This document shows, piece after piece, positions 48,996 through 58,508 of a stretch of DNA of 64,000 nt. The stretch is taken from contig CAXXSL010000011.1 in NCBI GenBank assembly GCA_963675525.2, positions 512,001 through 576,000 of the forward strand, given 5' to 3'. The notes below the pieces were generated by a model, which did no database searches, was not told the origin of the DNA, and saw nothing but the letters and a program-made list of their open reading frames with translations. The translations under genes and the position numbers were made by a program. Position 1 is the stretch's first letter, and the number at the start of each line of letters is the position of its first letter. This DNA comes from Anaerohalosphaeraceae bacterium (GTDB lineage: Bacteria; Planctomycetota; Phycisphaerae; Sedimentisphaerales; Anaerohalosphaeraceae).

Positions 48996-51125
48996 CTATT
49001 CCGTCCCAAACAGCCATTCTTCACTAATTGCCTGCAAATCTTGAATATCGACTCTGCAATCAAAATTCACATCCGTTTCCGGTCTTCCTGAGCAGACAGG
49101 ATCCACTATAAACGTAACATCATCGACATCAATCGTACCGGTTCGGGCATCTGTTCTGTCTGAGCTGCCGGTTCCAATTAAGAGGTATCGAACGGACTTA
49201 AGAGCATTGGGGTCGGTGGTGTCGGCACCATACGGACCAAGAAGCAAATTCGGGTCGGTGTCGATTGTCCACTCATCCCACTCATCGACAGGATCTGTTA
49301 CACTAGCGTCTCCTGTGATCCAGACTTCAGCCTTCAGGTTATTGGGGTCACTGAGGACTCCGTCGTCATAAAACTTCAAATAAAGCAGATCTTCGGCGGT
49401 ATTTCCCGTATGCCGATAGAGCCATAGACTGAGCCCATCATAGACAGACAAGTTTTGTGCTGAACCAAGGTCAAATACAATATTTGTGTAATTGTCGGTG
49501 GCAGGTGCAACGGGTGCGGGTAAACTGTACTCCCACCGCAGCGCATTGCTTCCGGCGTAAGCATTGGTGGTTTGGCTGATAGTTCCCGTTCCGCTATAAG
49601 TACTGCTACTGTACACACTCCAGCCAGTCAGCGTCCCTTCCATGTCATCAGCGACATAGACGGAACCGGGAGAGATTTCATAATCAAGCTGCCATTCATC
49701 GGCCATCGGCGCAAAATCTTCCAGGTTCACTTTCAGATCGTTTCCAAAGTTAGTCCGGGCCGCAACGGCCTGAATCTGTGCCGGGGTTAGTGCCCCGTTC
49801 CATGTCTTGACTTCATCCACATAAGTAGAATTCCACTCGCCAAGAAAATGCTGGCCGTTGTAACCATATCCAATAGCAGCCGCCATTCCCGGGGTTTTGT
49901 GCGAACTAACAATATAGTCGTCATCTGCCAAAAACTCGCCGTTGATATACAAAGTCGCCTTGGCGGCTTCTCCATCCGCGACAACGGCCAGATGATTCCA
50001 GGTAACCCCATCCAGATACGCAGACGCATCAGCCGCAAAAGAGAAGGCAGGAGTATAATATTTATCCTTGCTTTCTACCTGAAGTTCGTCGTTGTTGGCC
50101 CGAATGGATAACTGGGTACCATCAGTGCTGTATTTTTCGCTGTAGAATGCACTTCTGTAGTCCTGGTGACCCGACTTAAACCAGAAGGCAACAGTGTAAT
50201 TGACCGGTTGACTAATCGCAACGGGCGGTTTAACCGACTGGCCGCCCTCAAAAAGCAGCGAATCACCGCGAAATCCGTCAGCAACCCAGTTTGAGATAGG
50301 AAGAGTATAACCGTACAACGTACCGTCATTCGCATTTCCGGAATGATCCGGCATCGCCGAAGGAGTAATATCGCCCATTTGGTAATAGACCACCTGCTGA
50401 TTCAATTCCACCGCAGGAATAGCGCCCGGAATAACCAAATCCAAAATATCATCTACTGAAAGAACACCTCTCCAGACAGTAAATTCATCAAACCGGCCGG
50501 CAAAGAAATCCTTTGAGTCCCAGGCATAAGAAGGAACACGGACTTCGCCAGGGGAATCGGAGAATGTCTGATCCCGCATGGCGATTAAAACACCGTTCTT
50601 ATAAATGCGGACAATTGATCCATCGTATGTTGTTGTAACCATTTGCCACTGATTAATATCCCAGGGAATCGTGGACACGGTATAGACATAACCGGAGGCT
50701 TGTGGATTCGCAAACGAGATATTTCCACCACCTGAAGCATAAAGGGTACGTGACGAGGCGCTAATATTATATGGTTTCTCTCCCAAACACCAGGCAAGCC
50801 GCCAGTCCTTGGGAATCTCTGTCGGATAGACCCAGAGATTAACACTCCATGTGTCGGCGGCGAGAACCGGCAGCACGGCCGTATCGATCCCCGTTAAATA
50901 GGTACATTCATTACCGTCGGAAACCAGGGCCTGCCCGCTGACGCCAGTGCCGTACACCATTGACGGCGCATCCGGAAAGGGATTTGCATTTAATCCGTTT
51001 CCGCTGGAATCATTGAGATTGCCGTCAAACTTCCATTCGATAACTTTCTCTGCAGCGGAGGCAATCCCGCAGAACATAACGATAATAGCTGACATCCAAC
51101 ATAATAAATATTTGCGATTCATCAT
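48996..51125 (-). CDS. Secreted protein with two LamG-like jelly-roll domains and a CBM11-like domain between two half-dockerin motifs
   Basis: WKFDGNLNDSSGNG, WQMVTTTYDG..RIYKNG, WNHLAVV...LYINGE, DEVKTWNGALT; tail DVNFDCRVDIQDLQAISEEWL. Confidence 0.82.
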   Translation of the reverse strand: MMNRKYLLCWMSAIIVMFCGIASAAEKVIEWKFDGNLNDSSGNGLNANPFPDAPSMVYGTGVSGQALVSDGNECTYLTGIDTAVLPVLAADTWSVNLWVYPTEIPKDWRLAWCLGEKPYNISASSRTLYASGGGNISFANPQASGYVYTVSTIPWDINQWQMVTTTYDGSIVRIYKNGVLIAMRDQTFSDSPGEVRVPSYAWDSKDFFAGRFDEFTVWRGVLSVDDILDLVIPGAIPAVELNQQVVYYQMGDITPSAMPDHSGNANDGTLYGYTLPISNWVADGFRGDSLLFEGGQSVKPPVAISQPVNYTVAFWFKSGHQDYRSAFYSEKYSTDGTQLSIRANNDELQVESKDKYYTPAFSFAADASAYLDGVTWNHLAVVADGEAAKATLYINGEFLADDDYIVSSHKTPGMAAAIGYGYNGQHFLGEWNSTYVDEVKTWNGALTPAQIQAVAARTNFGNDLKVNLEDFAPMADEWQLDYEISPGSVYVADDMEGTLTGWSVYSSSTYSGTGTISQTTNAYAGSNALRWEYSLPAPVAPATDNYTNIVFDLGSAQNLSVYDGLSLWLYRHTGNTAEDLLYLKFYDDGVLSDPNNLKAEVWITGDASVTDPVDEWDEWTIDTDPNLLLGPYGADTTDPNALKSVRYLLIGTGSSDRTDARTGTIDVDDVTFIVDPVCSGRPETDVNFDCRVDIQDLQAISEEWLFGTE

Positions 51126-51234
51126 TCTTTCTCCTTTTTCCGCGTTATTTCCTTGTTTTCATCAACCAACTCGCTTTTCCGATCTAAAGCTTTTCAACAG
51201 AGACTGCCGAAACTTTTGTCGCGCATTTAAAGGC

Positions 51235-52281
51235 TTATGAATTCTGTGCTGCAGGCGCGGTAGAGTCTCGCACAACCAGTTTACAATCCATCTTTATACT
51301 CCGACTTCCGCCCTCAATAAATTTACCCTGAATGCGGGATAATAAAAGCTGCGTAGCCTTGCAGCCCACCTCGTAGCCTTCCTGACGAACAGTTGTCAGG
51401 GACGGTACCATCAGCGGTGAAAAATCAAGGTCAGCAAAGCCCACGACAGAAACATCTTGTGGAATTCGCAGATTCAACTCCGCTGCAGCTAAGTAAACAT
51501 CACGTGTAAGAAGGTCACTCGCAGCGTAAACCGCTGTCGGTCTGGGCCTTGCTGTAAGTATTTTTTTCGCAATTTCAACACCATCGAGATCTTTGCCTCT
51601 CTCGCTGATAATACAGGAAGTGCCCGCCACTTTAGCAATCTCCTGCTCAAAATACTTACGTCGGCGCTGCGACCAACTGTAAGCATTAAGGCCTACGTCA
51701 CCAAGATGTGCCACATGACGGTGTCCAAGTTCAAGAAGGTGATTGGCAACAAGCTGAGCACCGTGCTTTTCATCGGTTGTTACTGAATCGGCCCCGTATT
51801 TAGACGGCAACTCATGGTCGATTGTAACAACAGGCACGTTACGAGATGCGAATTCCTCATGGTGGTCGTAGTAATCCGGTGTTATCGGAGGCCATAGAAT
51901 CGTACCATCAATGCGGCGGTCAAGAAGGCGGTGTACCTGCTCAAGGCCGTCAAATGGTTTAATACCCGCATGATCATCTCGATGTTGTACCCAGAGAGTA
52001 ATCGGTACATAGTCAACAGATATAAGAGTATCGTGAATGCCATACAGAATAGATGACCAATAAGAGTCATAGGGCGGCACCATCACGCCAACGGTATGAG
52101 TAAGCCCGGTCTGAATGCCTTTTACGAGCATATTGGGCCGATAACGAAGCCGAGCGGCGGCTTCCAGGACTCTGTTACGGGTGTCCTCGGAAAACCTCGT
52201 GATATTCTTCCTTCGAAGTATCCGTGATGCAGTTGGAACTGATACACTTGCTGCTTGAGCAACATCTTTCAAACTGGACAT
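51235..52281 (-). CDS. LacI-family transcriptional regulator
   Basis: SLKDVAQAASVSVPTASRIL HTH; YRPN; LGHR; IPQDVSVVGF; LTTVRQ; LVVRDST. Confidence 0.95.
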   Translation of the reverse strand: MSSLKDVAQAASVSVPTASRILRRKNITRFSEDTRNRVLEAAARLRYRPNMLVKGIQTGLTHTVGVMVPPYDSYWSSILYGIHDTLISVDYVPITLWVQHRDDHAGIKPFDGLEQVHRLLDRRIDGTILWPPITPDYYDHHEEFASRNVPVVTIDHELPSKYGADSVTTDEKHGAQLVANHLLELGHRHVAHLGDVGLNAYSWSQRRRKYFEQEIAKVAGTSCIISERGKDLDGVEIAKKILTARPRPTAVYAASDLLTRDVYLAAAELNLRIPQDVSVVGFADLDFSPLMVPSLTTVRQEGYEVGCKATQLLLSRIQGKFIEGGSRSIKMDCKLVVRDSTAPAAQNS

Positions 52282-52325
52282 TCCCTCAGCCAAAATCTTT
52301 TCTCCTTTTAACAGCATAAAATCAA

Positions 52326-52377
52326 TGTGCAACTACTTTCACAATACGATTATGGTAGAAAACATGGATTTTGTCAA
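52326..52377 (-). promoter_or_regulatory. Sigma70 promoter of the lacI operon with overlapping operator
   Basis: TTGACA (52377-52372)-17 nt-CATAAT (52354-52349); imperfect palindrome TGTGCAACTACTTTCACA at 52326-52343. Confidence 0.75.
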
Positions 52378-52507
52378 CAATTATCATCACATATTTATGT
52401 AAATCTCACAATAAAACTGAGGAAATATAAAAAGAAATAAATGCAAGCTATTTATAAAAAAGAACTTAAGTAAAAAATCTTGTTACGAAAAAATTTGTTT
52501 TTTTTTC

Positions 52508-52554
52508 TTGAAGTAAGGAAATTTACCAATATGATTGTATGCAAGTACTTGCAT
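52508..52554 (+). promoter_or_regulatory. Divergent promoter with perfect palindromic LacI-type operator
   Basis: TTGAAG-16 nt-TATGAT followed by ATGCAAGTACTTGCAT (52539-52554). Confidence 0.72.
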
Positions 52555-52589
52555 TATTTGTCAATAATAATAAAAATTAGGAGGTATTC

Positions 52590-53327
52590 ATGGTCAATTT
52601 GGAGAAAATTACAGTGATTGTTATGGCCGGCATATGCTTGTTGCTCTCAGGTTGTTCTACGGGACCTACGAATAGCCGGGCTCTTAGTGATGAGGAAATA
52701 GCTCTCCATAACGCATCTCTAACAAATTTCGCCCAACCAACCAGATGGCATGAAACAATTGCACAATTCAAAGAACAAGACAAAAAGAGCCCGCCGCCGC
52801 AAAATACCGTCCTTTTTGTCGGCAGTTCAAGCATTGTAGGATGGAACACCAAAAAGTGGTTTCCTGATGTCGAAAATATAAATCGTGGTTTCGGAGGTTC
52901 ACAGATAAACGATTCATGGTATTATGCCGAAAGTATAATTATCCCCTATAAACCAAAAACGATTGTTTTTTATGCGGGTGATAATGATGCTGCGGATGGA
53001 AAGTCGCCCGAGATGATTTTCGCCAATTTCAAGGCTTTTGCACTGAAAATACGGAAAGCGTTACCCAAAACGAGACTTATCTATATTTCGATCAAACCGA
53101 GCATTGACCGCTGGAATATTTGGCCTCAAATGCAGGAGGCAAATGGATACATCAAAAACTATTGCGAAAAGCAGAAAAAATATGTATTTCGTCGATGTAT
53201 CAAAGGTGATGTTGGATTCATCCTCGCAAACCGATTAAAGAACATATTCTCTCCTGATGGGCTGCATATGAATGAAACCGGCTACAGACTTTGGACAGCA
53301 GAAGTCAGACCTCTGATAGATAAATAA
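52590..53327 (+). CDS. SGNH/GDSL esterase lipoprotein
   Basis: LLSG|C lipobox; FVGSSSI, NRGFGGS, YAGDND, DGLH. A short stretch near 53190-53240 looks locally frameshifted (FVDVSKVMLD in another frame). Confidence 0.85.
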   Translation: MVNLEKITVIVMAGICLLLSGCSTGPTNSRALSDEEIALHNASLTNFAQPTRWHETIAQFKEQDKKSPPPQNTVLFVGSSSIVGWNTKKWFPDVENINRGFGGSQINDSWYYAESIIIPYKPKTIVFYAGDNDAADGKSPEMIFANFKAFALKIRKALPKTRLIYISIKPSIDRWNIWPQMQEANGYIKNYCEKQKKYVFRRCIKGDVGFILANRLKNIFSPDGLHMNETGYRLWTAEVRPLIDK

Positions 53328-53371
53328 AACTAAAATAAAATCCCAACAGATACGGCAGAGAGATGGAGCAC

Positions 53372-54183
53372 ATGAAGATTTTTTTTATTCGCAGCGATTT
53401 TAATGTTAATTTTTTTTTTGTCAGGGATGTAGCCCTCTGATAATCGCTCATCGAGGATTCTCTTCGATAGCACCCGAAAATACCGCAGCAGCCATAGAAC
53501 TTGCCTGGAAAAAAAAATGTTCCGGCAGCGCGAATGTGATATTCGTCTTACCTCAGATAATCAGGTGGTGTTCTCATGCACGACGCCCAGATACCAAGCG
53601 TACTGCTTCGATAGATAGATTATGTTATTTGCGAAACAGATTATCGACAACTCTCTCAACTTGATGTGGGGTTCGTTTAAAGACACCAAATATACAAATG
53701 AACGAATACCTTTGCTTGCAGATATTGTAGATACCGTACCTGCCGGCAGAAAGCTACTGATTGAAATAAAATGTGGGAGCGAGGTATTGCCATACCTGGA
53801 AACAGATTATCAGGCAAAGCGGCAAACGACAAAAGGATTATAATCATCGGCTTCGATATAGATGTCGTAACAAAGGCTAAGAAATGGATGCCGGATATTC
53901 CGGTGTATTGGCTGGTTGGGACCGAAAAGGACAATAATAATGAATGGATAGACCATAGTACCGAGTTAATTGTCAAAGCAAAAGACAGTAAATTAGACGG
54001 GCTTGATGTTCATTGGGCCGGGTTGAGTAAGCAATTTGTTCAGAAAAGCACATCAAGCGGGCCTTCAAGTTTTCACCTGGACGCATAGATGATGTAGCAA
54101 TCGCCCAAAAAGTCACTGCGATGGATATAGACGGTATAACATCGAACAAACCGTATTTGGTTATGAACGGTATCGGTTTTTAA
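53372..54183 (+). pseudogene. Glycerophosphodiester phosphodiesterase (GDPD) family, multiply frameshifted (probably assembly indels)
   Basis: IIAHRGFSSIAPENT, ECDIRLT.D, LDVGSFK, RIPLL, LIEIK, WT, IDGITSNKP in different frames. Confidence 0.8.
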
Positions 54184-54265
54184 ATCTTATATGCACAGGT
54201 TTGTTCTTCCCATAGTATCTGACATTATTAAGCCCCTCAACCTATATTTAAGCAGTTAGGTTAAA

Positions 54266-54350
54266 TGCGGGCGAAAGGGAGTCGAACCTTCACACCACTA
54301 AGGGTACAAGAACCTAAATCTTGCGCGTCTGCCAGTTCCGCCACGCCCGC
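54266..54350 (-). tRNA. tRNA-Leu (anticodon TAG)
   Basis: GCGGGCG/CGCCCGC acceptor stem, D-arm GGCGGAACTGGCAGACGC, anticodon arm CAAGA-TTTAGGT-TCTTG, long variable arm, GGTTCGACTCC; no encoded CCA. Confidence 0.93.
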
Positions 54351-54375
54351 ATTATTCAGTTATTAGTTAATTAGC

Positions 54376-54651
54376 TTAAAAAAGTGCGTCGTCTTCTTCG
54401 TCCTCTTCATCGTCACTCTCATCATCCGACTCATCTTCATCGCCGGCGATGTCTTCGATGCGTTTTTCCGCGTCCAGCAAAATCCCCCGGCAATGTTTGA
54501 TCAGCGCCATGCCTTTTTCATACTGCTCCAGACTTTCCGCCAGCGGCACCTGCCCCGACTCGATCTTGTCCACAATACCGGTCAGCGTTTCGATAGCCTG
54601 CTCGAATGACAGCTTTTTCACGTCATCCGTTTTACTCTGTTTTTTCGCCAT
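54376..54651 (-). CDS. xseB: Exodeoxyribonuclease VII small subunit
   Basis: LSFEQAI..L..IV..IESG..PLAESL..YEKG..L...C...L..AE; downstream of xseA. Confidence 0.95.
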   Translation of the reverse strand: MAKKQSKTDDVKKLSFEQAIETLTGIVDKIESGQVPLAESLEQYEKGMALIKHCRGILLDAEKRIEDIAGDEDESDDESDDEEDEEDDALF

Positions 54652-54680
54652 ATTTCTAACCCGTCCGTTACCACCATACC

Positions 54681-54861
54681 GTCATTCCGAATCCCCGAAG
54701 GGATGAGGAATCTATTATAACCAAGTGCGGCAAAGCCGCTGCCTTTTGTCATCCCCGACCTCTTATCATGTCATCGCAACCTCTTACTATGTCATCCCGG
54801 CCCTCCGAGCCGGGATCCAGACGTCACCCCCCTGGATGCCGGATCAAGGTCCGGCATGACA
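54681..54861. repeat. Cluster of REP/RPE-like palindromic elements
   Basis: GTCATTCCGA...GAGGAATCT (54681-54713); three TGTCATC...CCTC starts at 54747, 54769 and 54790; full element TGTCATCCCGG...GGGATCCAG / CTGGATGCCGG...CCGGCATGACA (54790-54861). Confidence 0.75.
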
Positions 54862-54865
54862 AACA

Positions 54866-56245
54866 TCATGATTTTTCTATTTTTTCTACCCGGCTGCGAA
54901 TTTTCTGTCCCCCGGCCAATTCGGTCGTCAACCGGTCTTCTATCTGTACCTGCCCGGCCTCTGTAACCACCGCACCGGTCCGTTCGTTCAGGGTAATGCT
55001 GTAGCCGCGATTCAAAACCGACCGCGGGTCCAATGCGGCTAATCTATTCTCTAACGCCGCCAATTTCAACTGATTTTTGCTGAGTATCTTCACAACCGCC
55101 GCCCTGTTGCGGCTGCCCGAAGCGATGCAAACGCAATCTGCTGCTGCGAAACCACCCGGGACGGTTCTATTCGTTGCACCTGCTGCCGCATACGGTCCAG
55201 GTATTCACGAAACCGTACCATCTGGGACTTTGCCGCATGCGCCAGCGACACCGCCAGTTCATCCACACGCTGAGCCGTGATCTGAACCACCCCCCAGCGG
55301 CGAACGGAACACCCGGCTGGCCAAAACCGTTGCCAAAACGATTTTTTCCATGCTGAACCTGTGAGCGGGTATTCTGATGCAGGCGGCGTTTGAGCGAATG
55401 CAGTTTGCTCAACTGGTCCCGATAGTCCGGCACGGCAATCACGCCCGCCTTGGTCGGCGTCGACGCCCTTGCGTCCGCCGACAAGGTCGGCAATCGTCAC
55501 ATCAACTTCATGCCCGACCGCGCTGATGACCGGCAGTTTCGACGCATAAATCGCGCGGGCGACCGGTTCTTCATTGAACGCCCACAAATCCTCCATCGAG
55601 CCGCCGCCGCGGCCGACAATCAGGATGTCCAGCCGCAGTTGTTTAGCCATAGCATTGGCCTTATTGATAGCGGCCGCAATTTTGCCGGACGCCCCCTCGC
55701 CCTGAACCGGCGTGTCAAAGACATAAATTTTCGCACACGGCCAGCGGTTCGTAAATACTGTCGCAAATATCCGACAATCGCCGCCCCGCCCCGGCTGGTC
55801 ACCACGCCGATAGTCATCGCATACCCCGGCAGCGGCTTTTTGTGCGCCGCCGCAAACAGGCCCTCGGCCTCCAGCCGCTTGCGCATCTGCTCAAACGCCA
55901 ACTGCAAATCGCCGATGCCCGCGGTCTCCAGCTTTTCCGCATAGAACTGGTACTTGCCGCCCGGCACATAAACATCCACATACCCCCGTCGCCAGCACCG
56001 CCAGCCCGTTTCTCGCAGTCGAATTTGACACTGCGATGCTTGCTGCCCCACATCACGCATGGAATCTGCCCGCCTTCATTGTCTTTCAGGGAAAAATAGC
56101 AGTGCCCGCTCGAATGCCGTTTCCAGTTGGTAATCTCCCCCCGCAAAACAAACCGCCCGGGCAGCGCATTCTCCAGCGCCGCCCCGATCAGGCTGTTAAG
56201 CTGCGTAACCGTAAAAACCGGAAGTTGTTTTTTTGCTTTCGCCAT
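54866..56245 (-). CDS. xseA: Exodeoxyribonuclease VII large subunit, frameshifted in this sequence (likely assembly errors)
   Basis: [73 protein letters not shown] in successive frames. Confidence 0.9.
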
Positions 56246-56419
56246 AGTGAATGATTTTACTGAAAAATCCCCTCAAAAGCCAACCAATCTTTGTTTTTAG
56301 CGTAAAAATAAAGATTTTAATGTGTTTTGTGTTGCCAAAGTGCGCCGAAACGGCGCCAAAGTTGTCCAAAACGCAACCATTTTTTGCCAGTATGGAACCA
56401 CCGAAGACGCCGATTACAC

Positions 56420-56479
56420 TGGGAACGCGGGCGTCCCGCCCGCTGTTGAAAAAATGCGACCGAGACGGTCGCGCTCCCA
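56420..56479. repeat. REP/REPIN-like inverted pair
   Basis: TGGGAACGCGGGCGTCCCGCCCGC ... GCGACCGAGACGGTCGCGCTCCCA; each half is a hairpin and the ends are complementary. Confidence 0.65.
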
Positions 56480-56681
56480 AATATTGGCTTTGTTTGGGTT
56501 TGTTTTTGGCTGCGCCAGTTCGGAGTTCGTTGTTCTTAGTTCATAGAAAAAAAAGAAGTTATGTGATTTTGCTTAATTTTAAAATGGGTTTGTTTCAATA
56601 GTGTTCGGTACTTTTTCCCTTCAAATTCCACCGCTTTTTACCTCTTCTTATATAGATGCCTTCTCTTAGGATATCCTTTTT

Positions 56682-57799
56682 TTATGCCTCATCAGGTTCA
56701 CAACTAATTGCAATTTCCGAAATAAATTCAGGCTTTAAGTATTTAATCGTATCTTGAAGTGCCGTTATCTTTTCCTTCAACTTCGAGTAGGGTATAAACT
56801 GACATATTGTAGGTAATGGTGGTTTCAATTTCTTAAATGTTGGCCTATTTATTTCTGAAAACACTTTCTCATAACTTTTCATCTGGGGCAAACCAAATAA
56901 AGATTTATCTTAATATTTTGGTTGCATCGAGATTAGATCTGACATTCTGAGAAAGGCCAGAATAAATGAGGGTTGTATGTTCAACTTCAAATGCAGCAAC
57001 AATAGCATCCCCCTGTAGCCATAAAACATCTATCAACTCAATCGTCTTATTAGTAGCTTCGTCAAACTGACGGGGCAATTCAGAACGTATATTTTTGATT
57101 TTCTGAAAATCAACTCCGTTATAAGACTTGTTTCTATCATTTCTCGCAACCCATACATCAAGCCCCAAGTCTGAGCCTAATTTCAATAACAGCCATTGAA
57201 TTTCAGTGTGGGTAGTTTCAAGTGTTGTCTTTTTCCTCAATAGTGAACAAATCTTCTTCTTTTTCTTTTTCATCAGGAACAGTAACAACTCCCATATCCT
57301 TAGATTCATATTTCTTCGGCGTCCTGTTGTATTTTGCTTCGTCATATTCTCTTTTAACAGGATTTTCAATGGTCGATTTAACCGCCTCCACGATGGCTAT
57401 ACCGTCTTGTTCTTTAAATTTTGCAGGTGACTGCCTGAAAAAGCCTGTCCAGGCATGGGGCGATGAAAGATTTTGGAACAGTGATAATTTGTCTTTTAGC
57501 TCTTGAATGGGGATTGCGGTTTCAGGAGTTAGTTGATATTTGATTTCAACCTTAAATCTCATTGGAAAGTCTGCATCTTCCCATATTTTTGAATGATCTT
57601 CATAGCATTCAGACTTAACTTCTAAGATACCGATGATTCGTGAAATACCAGTAACATGGCATATAAGATAATCACCGACTTGGATTTTTCGGGCCATTCG
57701 TCTTAATCTATGTCTGAAGCCTGAAACAGTCCCACCGTGTTGGAGGAATTCCTCCCATGTTTTACCCGTAAATAAATCAAGCCAATAGTTTCGGGGCAT
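56682..57799 (-). pseudogene. EVE-domain + PD-(D/E)XK-like nuclease gene split over three ORFs (frameshifts possibly artefactual)
   Basis: N-terminal NYWLDLFT..TW.EF...IQVGDYLICHVTG (EVE/PUA); HTEIQWLLLKLG...DVWVARNDR, IDVLWL, AAFEVEHTT.IYSGL; AT-rich; AAGGAG RBS. Confidence 0.72.
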
Positions 57800-58069
57800 A
57801 ATAAATACTCCTTAAAAGCCTGTTACTATCAGGATACGAATCATAAAATGACAATCCCTCTAATAGTTCCCCCATTATACCGACATTTAAAACCGATTAT
57901 CAACAAAATTTCCGTAATCCCTATTGATTACAAAACCAAAATTAATCCGGCTTTTTCTTCCTGCTTCTGAATCCGAAGGGTTCTCTCGGCTGCGGTTCGG
58001 GCGGCGGCCTTCAAATTGTTTAATGATTATTGTATAATATATAATTTTATGGAATTTTCCTATTTAAAT

Positions 58070-58096
58070 AGATTCCTCGGCTGCGCTCGGAATGAC
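58070..58096. repeat. REP/RPE-like palindromic half-element
   Basis: AGATTCCTCGGCTGCGCTCGGAATGAC is the reverse-complement type of 54681-54713. Confidence 0.65.
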
Positions 58097-58353
58097 TAAT
58101 CCCGGCCGCCCCAGCCGGAACTTGATGTCGCAAATTGCGATTTCAAGTTGTCAAATTCCTCGGCGGTCAGTTGAAACATGAAATCCGCCGGAAAACGCTG
58201 CCTATTGCGTTTTACCTGTTCATTAAGCCGGCTGGTTGTGACATCGTAAAGACCGGCAAGGTCAGAATCGAGAATAACCTTTTGATCGCGTACCCATACA
58301 ATCTTACTGGCAGCGACTTTTGTGGAAATCAGTGCGGTTTGTCCTTTTGCCAT
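58096..58353 (-). pseudogene. ORF6N (KilA-N-like) DNA-binding protein, C-terminally truncated
   Basis: [42 protein letters not shown]...[14 protein letters not shown] stops before the usual R.LPYAFTE motif. Confidence 0.8.
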
Positions 58354-58479
58354 TGGTTTCCTTCTTTTTAAAGCGGTTTTGTCCTTTTGTAGTATTATAC
58401 TGTCTTTAATATGGCGTGCAATGGAAAATTGGGGAGCAATTATATGTTGAAGTTTCACGGGATATTGCAGCGCAAATAA

Positions 58480-58508
58480 AAGGCCGATGCCTTCCTGGCA
58501 CCGGCCTT
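58480..58508 (-). terminator. Rho-independent terminator
   Basis: AAGGCCGGTGCC/GGCATCGGCCTT stem followed by TTATTT on the minus strand. Confidence 0.7.

Noticed and set aside
23123..51125. Classical cellulosome interpretation of the dockerin-like motifs
   Set aside because: No cohesin or scaffoldin is visible, most motifs are single repeats, and most carriers are non-catalytic
54747..54810. Three repeats at 21-22 bp spacing as a possible CRISPR array
   Set aside because: Too short, no unique spacers and no cas genes; explained as partial copies of the palindromic element
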